DNA of 59,063 nt, counting the filler, from Sphacelaria rigidula (taxonomy: Eukaryota): NCBI GenBank assembly GCA_964200075.2. It is 2 parts of 2 records of this genome, joined end to end, with 100 filler letters (N's around TTAATTAATTAA, not from the genome) between each part and the next. Parts side by side here need not be neighbours in the genome. Positions count along the whole stretch, not along the records: positions 29,602 to 59,063 come from CAXNAA020000080.1; 1 more part is not named here. One strand, 5' to 3'. Below the pieces are notes generated by a model. It had not been told where the DNA came from. It saw only the letters and a list, made by a program, of their open reading frames with translations, and made no database searches. The stretch's first letter is position 1. Every line of letters starts with the position of its first letter. Shown here in pieces: positions 52,027 to 59,063 of this stretch. The translations under genes and the position numbers were made by a program.

Positions 52027-52198
52027 CTGTCGAAGTACGAGGCTTGAAGGACTGCCCCCATGAACGAGTCCAACACCGAGCCTAGCAGGCCGCTCAGGGT
52101 TCCAACAAGAATCAATCCTACTTGCGACGCTGGGGAGGACATGACCGATGCCCCGGGCGGTGGTGGCAGCCGGAAGGCCCACCCGAACAGAACAAACC
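52027..52198 (-). CDS. TMEM19: TMEM19/DUF92 exon
   Basis: AAG|GG...AG|GTGAGT, phase 1/2; GTLSGLLGSVLDSFMGAVLQASY (GS..DS.LGA.LQ motif). Confidence 0.92.
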
Positions 52199-52484
52199 CT
52201 TTCATGACGGTGGGTGGCGTGAGACGGGGAAGGCAAGAGCGCCAAACAACAAACACCGCGAACGGACGCACGCGAATGGTGGTTGAATCAAACCCACCAC
52301 GGTTTCGCCGCTAAAAAGAACACGTACCATGTTATGAGTGGTCCCACGGGGGGGACATGCGGTTTCAAGTGGAGCTTCGGAGGTCATCACATGTGAAACA
52401 GGCTCAAGATACATGGAACAAACCGCACGCGTCAACCTATGGTTTCAACGGGGAACGGGAAAAGAGGTGGTTGATAGCACTCAC

Positions 52485-52554
52485 CAACACCCATGACAAG
52501 CCCGGCCCCCGCAGATGCTAAAAGGCCCTCGAGCGAAACACCCCCGTTCGTCCC
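52485..52554 (-). CDS. TMEM19: TMEM19/DUF92 exon
   Basis: CAG|GGG...G|GTGAGT; GTNGGVSLEGLLASAGAGLVMGV. Confidence 0.93.
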
Positions 52555-53037
52555 CTGTCGAAATTCGATCAAAACACGATGGATTAGGAACGAAGACAAC
52601 AAAATAAAAAACCATTCGATTGACGTTGGATTGAATTTCACCATGTTGAAGCCTCGAAAGCTGACGATCCTGGACCTTGAGGATCCAGAACACGAATATA
52701 CGCACCAATATACCGGAGTTTTGGGAAGCGTGGCAGTACCTGTAGATCTATTACGGTAAAGTCCCGTGCACCAGCGGCTTTGGCAATACGGGCGTCAAAA
52801 CGTTTTCTGTCGCAACTCTTGACCACGAGATTCAACGATTGTTTTGTCCCAGTGAACAGCCGAACACCGCGCCCCCAGATAGACGACAGCAAAAGCAGAG
52901 GATAGAAGTGGACGGATGACCTGGATGCTGTAACATTTGGACTCATCACTCGGACGCCGATTCGTTGACCGCAACCTCACAGGCAGTTACTAAAGTAAAC
53001 CACTTCATGTATACTTGCAAAAGGGTCAACATCTCAC

Positions 53038-53110
53038 CGGTGGGACACGTCTCCAAGGCCTTGTGATCAATCGGGGGGGGTGCTTGGCGAGAACGCCCAA
53101 TTCCGAGCTC
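53038..53110 (-). CDS. TMEM19: TMEM19/DUF92 exon
   Basis: CAG|G AGC...CCG|GTGAGA; (W)SSELGVLAKHPPRLITRPWRRVPP. Confidence 0.93.
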
Positions 53111-53422
53111 CTGAAGAATACGAGAAAAAAAACATTGGATATAAGCCACGAACGAACACACATCGAATAGACGAGAGCGCCTTCTTGAGACGTGCGTGGA
53201 ACGGGGGCTCACTGACCCACGAGACGTCAAGTGAGGCACGAGGGTGGTTCAACGACAACTTTCTCGGAGAACTTCGAGAACCATTCCCGCCAACACAAAC
53301 CCGTTTATCGCGTGCGAGTAGTGCATACTGCCCTTCACGAACAACGATGACCATCGTTCATAGTCCGCCTGCCCCCCCTCACCCCCCTGGAGGTCATAGT
53401 TCACGTTCTTGACATCACTCAC

Positions 53423-53610
53423 CAGGTGTCCCCGGCGCAGCAAGCAAAAAATCCCAAATATGAGCACAGCAGGCTGGCTCCCCGGGTCGGCGTTGCCCTG
53501 AAATCCACGAGACTGTCGCCGACGCCCACAATGAGGAGATGAGCAACGGCAAGCATTATTGCAAACAGGCTGCAAGACAGAACCTGCATCGCACCCCGTT
53601 GGCCTCCTTC
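53423..53610 (-). CDS. TMEM19: TMEM19/DUF92 exon
   Basis: CAG|GAA...TG|GTGAGT; EGGQRGAMQVLSC...YLGFFACCAGDTW. Confidence 0.93.
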
Positions 53611-53652
53611 CTGAAGACGGTAGCAAAGACGCGATGGCGGCAAGCCTGCGAG

Positions 53653-53674
53653 GTGTGTGTGTGTGTGTGTGTGT
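53653..53674 (+). repeat. (GT)11 microsatellite in a TMEM19 intron
   Basis: Read directly from the sequence. Confidence 0.9.
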
Positions 53675-54001
53675 AGTGGTTCGATACCGTTGTGCGGCTA
53701 GCACATCATATAATTATCATTGCGTACTGAAAATAGGGTTGACAGTCCTCCATGTACACTGGAATATCGTGAGAAAATAAACATAAAAAACACCCCCCAA
53801 TAGCAAGCATTCGACTCGGGCAGAACGTACGAGCCAAACTTGAAGCGTGAATACTGTCTTCGGCGGTTCATTCAAAGCTTCACCTTGTCTTTTATGGTGC
53901 GAGCTACCAGATCAAACTGACTATCAGCGCACTGCACTGGTCTAGATGCCTGCCAAAATTTTGCACCTAGGATTTGATGTAGGTTGATTGTCGAGTGATA
54001 C

Positions 54002-54136
54002 CTTGTACTCGTCTGTGAGCTTGGCCTTCTTCTCGAAGCCGACCTTGGTGAGGATGGAGCTAGACTTGTAGAACAAGATTAACGTCAACCCCAGTCGCAG
54101 TGACAGCCCTAGCGATACCAGTCCCACGGCAAAGCC
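54002..54136 (-). CDS. TMEM19: TMEM19/DUF92 exon (most 5' resolved exon)
   Basis: CAG|GGC...AAG|GT, 45 codons GFAVGLVSLGLSLRLGLTLILFYKSSSILTKVGFEKKAKLTDEYK. All six exon phases chain correctly; the start exon was not identified. Confidence 0.9.
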
Positions 54137-56419
54137 CTGTATCCGTTCCAAAGGAAAAGAAAGGCAACGACGGAACGAGACGAGTTAGGTACACACTTGA
54201 CAGGACGATGTTGTAGAATTCGACACAACCTGTGCAGGGTGATCACAGCGACCAGAGAGAGACATAGAAGGGAGTAAATCTAGCACGCGTCCTTACTGTG
54301 TGCAAATTGCCATGTCGCAGACATCGAATAGTATCCGAATCCGGAATCAAATTCCCCCGTTTTTGCGCTCCATGTCCCTTGTCGGGTGCAAAAATGGAGT
54401 GAAATTTGAAGGGCGGTGATCGATCGGAGGCGAACGCTGTGCTGAGCTCGCTGTGCCCAGCGTCAATTACTCGTGATTGTGAGTGTCTTTGGGGCACACA
54501 ACAATAGCCACGCTGTTCAAAGATAGTGATCTAGCGGCGAGCAAGTCCACCTGCACCGACAGCACTCGCTTTCACGTGACCAAATATGGAATTCAGCATT
54601 CTTCTTGCAGCCGTCTTGCAGCCGTGGATGGCGCAAGATTTAGACAGGCCTCCTGTGGGTCGAACGCGCCGTGCCGAGCAAACATGACCCGCCTGCGCGG
54701 CAGCACCGGCGTGCCTTGTGATCGCTTCAATCTCGACAACTGGTGCTGTACGAGCTGCCTTCTACTTTCTGATTAAGCAGTCGGTACTGCTTGAATCAGC
54801 GTGAGCTCGAAGTGTATCGACAGTCTCTCGCCAAAAACGCGTCGTGTTCGAGGCTGCAAAATGTAAAAATTCCTCAAAGTACCTGCGGCAGACCAAGCCG
54901 TACAGGTACGAGTGCGAGCACGCATCCATATGACCAAGGGGCATTTGGGCCATGATACTGTTGGTGCAACCCTCGTATGTCGAGTACAACTCAGGTAGCG
55001 ACTTGGTGGTGTTGGCTGTGGTGTGTTGCTGGGTTTGGGGTACTACAATAGATGCAACGCTGTCGCTCTTGTGAGAAAGGATTTGACAACGACACGCGCT
55101 TGCTAGAATTTTTCGATTATTTTTGCTGACGAAGTGGGCTCTGAACTTTGCATGACAATTTACATTTGCACTAAAAAAAAAGCCCACCACAAATGACCCT
55201 TACGTGAGTGTTGAAAAAACAGTCAAGTCCACAGTTACTTTGACTCGTTCTGCTTGCTGTCGCGGTTGCCTAGAGGGTCTTGCACACCGTACACGTCGTG
55301 CACCTACCTGCCGCAGCAGTACTTCTTATGAGCAGGAGAGCCCTGCGGATTCAGCGTGAGCTGTGGGCGCTTGCAGCGACTGTCAACTACGCATTGCATA
55401 GCGGTGCGCAGTTGGCCGTTGTATGTATCAACGGATGAGGTTGTGTGACGTATGTTAGGTGTGGGTAGGTTGATGGGTGAGTGGCTGCGGAACGGCAAAG
55501 ACACCGCTTAAGAGTTGATTAGCGTCCGCCAGCAAACCCACTTGTTGCTGGCCGCGGTCCGCAAAAGGCGGGTCATAACGGACGATAGCAAAATCCGGCC
55601 GACAGTGATGGACCAGTCCTTAGGCGGCATGGAACAGCCGCCTCACATGTGGCCCCGCCTTACTCTGATCTGAGCGGGTCCTGTACTACGCTGAATTGCA
55701 GCCTTAGATAGAAATCTCACCTTCCTTCTCACCTTACTGCGGGTTTTGGAACCAAACGCGGATGCGAATGATTGAATAATCCGTAAGATAGACATGTTTT
55801 GTGTATGAGGGTGTAAGCAGAGCCCACTCCGTTCAGCGTAGCATGCCGTGATTCCGGTTGACGCTGTTATAATTTTGACGTTCGTTGCCAAGTTACAAAC
55901 TGTTTCGGTAATCTTGTTTTCTTTCTTGCGTGGGGAAAAAGTGGCTTTTGTCGCACTTCCCGTTTAACAACCCACACTTTTTGAATACCGTACTCTCTAT
56001 AGTACTCTCTACACCGGTAAGACGGTGTCGTGGTGGCGGCAAGACAAAAAAAACATCCCAGTCAGTGTTCGTCTTCCACTGAAAACAAAACGCCTTGATG
56101 ATGGCGAGGGTCTACACCAAAGCGGGTGATGACGGGTACAAGCAAAAGTCGTACGGAGCTCAGCGTGGCCGTCGACGTACGGGATGAGTTCGCCAAGAAA
56201 ACTACGTTGTGTCAGATGACCATCTCTTTTGAGCAGCACTGGGTCAGGACAAGCTGAGCATATCGTTTTAATCAGTCAGCTACTTAACGCGAATAAGCGC
56301 AGCGATCCTGCTTCGAAATTCGCTCACCAAGTGTTGGTGTGGTGAAACTTGCGTCTCCGTGACTGCACTTCTCGTGTATCAAGGTCTCATGTTCTTAGTG
56401 TACAAATATTTCCGAATAT

Positions 56420-56650
56420 GCGAGGCCCTGGTTAACGTCAAACCACTCAGACGTCTCGCCTCTGTCAAGGTGTACGCACGCCCGCATTCCCTCGTGGAAC
56501 TGGCGGATGATGGGAAACACCTTGGCGGGGACGCCGTATCGTGCTAGCATTTTCCAGAGAAGAGAGTGATCGTCTGAGTCATACGCCTTCTGGAGGTCGA
56601 TGAAGCACATGTGCAGCGGAAAGTTTTTTCTTTTTCGCCAGTTCTTGGAG
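56420..56650 (-). pseudogene. RTE-type LINE reverse transcriptase fragment
   Basis: PLHMCFIDLQKAYDS..HSLLWKMLARYGVP..IIRQFHEGMRACV..GETSEWFDVNQGL, a typical non-LTR RT segment; truncated on both sides. Confidence 0.9.
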
Positions 56651-58312
56651 TCTACAACAGTAGATGTACTACCTCTGTTGCCTATATTCAGGGTTTTCAT
56701 TCAACCTATGGTTCGTCGCTGAACTCCTTGTATATCGATAGCTACGTCTCCATTTGTTCGGCACCGAATTCACAGCTGCTTTTGGGTAGTGTAAGGGTTG
56801 TGAACTGGCGGCTTTGACCAGTTAAATTTGAACTGGTCACACCAGCGGCAAGGTAGGCCGTGTCTCATCAAAAAAATTCGACTCGAAAACGTGCGGTGGA
56901 ATCGAATTTGCTTGTGTCTGATACGTCCACGCTTTTCATTTTCCCAGATGGTTGAGAACGTGAACGCCATGGACGTATCAGACACGAGCGAATTCGATTC
57001 TACCGCACGTTTTCGAGTCGAAATAATTTGATAGGACACGGCCTTAATCGATGTTTTTCCAGTTAATCGGCTTCGGCGAAGCCGCGAGCCGCGAGCCGCG
57101 AGCCCCAACGCTCCCCCGCCGAGTGGTGAGAGTGCCCATGAGAGTCCCCGGAGGCGAAAACAAAATGGGGTATCTGGCTTGTATTTCCTTCAAAACTCTT
57201 CCCGGTGGCGTCTGTAACCCTGTGAAGAAAAACGTGTGTCACCAACTAGGGTAGATTGTACGCTCTTTATCAGTACCGGTTACATGTTCAGAGTCATTGT
57301 TGTCGGACCACAAATGGCTCCAACGTCGGATCACACCTCTCTTCTCGCTGAGATTGTGCAGGAAAGGGGTGCGTTTATGTTATCCTCCCGGAAAAGGGAA
57401 TGGGAGTTATGGGGGAAGATATGTGGTTGATACGTGATAACGATGCTCCCGCGTGTTCGGGGGCATCGCTATTCGTGTGTAAAATGTTAATGTAACTAGC
57501 GTAAACGGTAGACAACACCCTCGTCGTGTCTGGAGAGGGGATAGAGGGATTTCTTTCCCGAAGGGAGAAAGATGGGGCGACTGGGGAGAAATACTTCGTT
57601 GTCAACACATTCTACCGATGTGTCTGTGTATCTATGCATTGCTATTCAGTGTTGCGCCAAAATAATTGAAGAAAAGAAAAATGTATGCAGATTATCGCGC
57701 ACAAGAGTCATCGTGTAAAATATTAGCTTAGAGCATCCTCGAAGTAGGTATAATCCACACGAGCGAGGAGCCCCTTGGCAAAGACCTATGGCCCAGCACG
57801 CGGCATATCTAAAAAGCTATGTTCAAGGCTGGATCGTCGGCACAAATTGCAGACTGAGGACGTGATCATGTCCCGCGTTCGGTGGTATGCATGGTGTTGC
57901 TCGGTACGTGTGCCTTGCGGGCCCCATGGTACGCCGATAGGTGGCGGCCACGGTTCGCGTTCCCGTCCGTCACCACGCCTAGGGTGTAGTATATGGAGTG
58001 TGCGATCCGCCTGAAAAAGACGGATCTCAATTGCTTTAGGCACAAACGAGAGCGGCATGATCGTTTGCATGCATGCCTGGCGGCGCAGCTGGTGGTTTTT
58101 ACATTTGAGAACTCCGTCTCGACCATTATAAGGTGCAGTATAATTGCTGATGCAATCTACTGTCTGTACTACCTGTATTGCATTTCACAGTACTGTTTTG
58201 ACAGTACTGAAATACTGTATTACAATACCCATACCGTAATACTGCGTAACCACATCTGGTATGCGGCGTAACCAGAGCGTAACCGCGTCTCGTGTTTATT
58301 TGGATACGGTAA

Positions 58313-58675
58313 GGCTACTGTACATATATTAAGAAGTAGAAATTTTTGAAAAGTGCATCTTTGGCCCTTCCCCGTCATTTTTCCCCCGAAAAGAGGGCTC
58401 GGCGGATGATGACACCTTGGAGTGGCTCGCTCTACTCGCTAAGACTGTTTCGGAGCACCTTTACGTGTTCCGTAGGTCACAGTTTCGTTTTTGGCCAAAC
58501 TTGCATTTTCAATAACAAACGGGTGAGTTATAATTAAAAAAAGACGGGGAAAACGCGCAGATGCTCTAGAACGGTTTCAGCGAGTGAAGCAAGTCACGCC
58601 AAGGTGTCAATATCCGCCGAGCCCTCTCTGTTCGGGGGAAAAACGACGGGGAAGGGCCAAAAATGCACTTTTCAA
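58313..58675. mobile_element. Second, more diverged copy of the foldback MITE family (right arm partly deleted)
   Basis: TAA|GGCTAC start; left arm aligns to 31135-31355. The right arm lacks both its inner and its terminal segments. Confidence 0.85.
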
Positions 58676-59063
58676 TAAGTTGGTTCAAGCGGGCGAGACT
58701 GGTCTGGTGCAAGAGCACCGAAGAAGCAGACAGTATCACTCGAGACGAGTTGAACAAGCAGCGACACGCCAGCAGTCTCAATAGTACAGTAGTCCCTGGC
58801 ACTTGATCGACTTTACAATGGACAACACACCAACATCGGGAGCAGCAGCAGCAGCGGGAGGAGCAGCTTCGCAAAGCCAAGGCTAACACCCCCACAGCAC
58901 AGCAGGAGCTCGAGCATCGGCAGGGGCAAAAGAAGAAAGGACCGCAGGAAGGGAACCACGCCGAGCCTCGGCACCACAAGCCGGAGGCACGCACAGCAAC
59001 CCGATCTCCGTCAACCAGCATGCCCGCCCGCAAGGCAGTGCAGGCCAGTTAAACAACGACGTA

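Noticed and set aside
58690-59052. Q/E-rich plus-strand frame (QHREQQQQREEQLRKAK...)
   Set aside because: Interrupted by stops, low complexity, no domain or clear splice sites, and at the window edge; cannot be supported as a CDS.

Overview
Eukaryotic, intron-rich, repeat-dense DNA. It is most consistent with a brown alga or other stramenopile; this is an inference from the TTAGGG telomere motif, the WVDD-type Ty3/Gypsy RT and the GT-AG multi-exon genes. Left part (1-8.8 kb): nested retroelement debris, namely a Gypsy integrase remnant interrupted by a TIR MITE, a 41-bp minisatellite, and a decayed minus-strand chromodomain-bearing Ty3/Gypsy element that has its 3' LTR but is cut off inside gag. 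Middle (8832-29442): a 20.6-kb single-orientation satellite with both ends visible. Its monomers are 113, 132 or 151 bp (94+19n), with a 283-bp dimer in the core, mirror-symmetric sequence layers around that core, kb-scale block duplications and a conserved 21-bp dyad per monomer. One monomer carries an in-register head-to-head (TTAGGG)n/(CCCTAA)n insertion replacing 77 bp. After a scaffold gap (29502-29601) come foldback and Tc1/mariner-type non-autonomous elements, a plus-strand multi-exon tandem-GAF-domain gene (about 39.7-46.2 kb, 5' end unresolved), SINE/LINE fragments, and a convergent minus-strand TMEM19/DUF92 gene (51.5-54.1 kb, terminal exons unresolved). The strongest candidates for new biology are the layered, centromere-like satellite next to a chromovirus and the apparent two-ended telomerase healing and re-ligation scar inside it.
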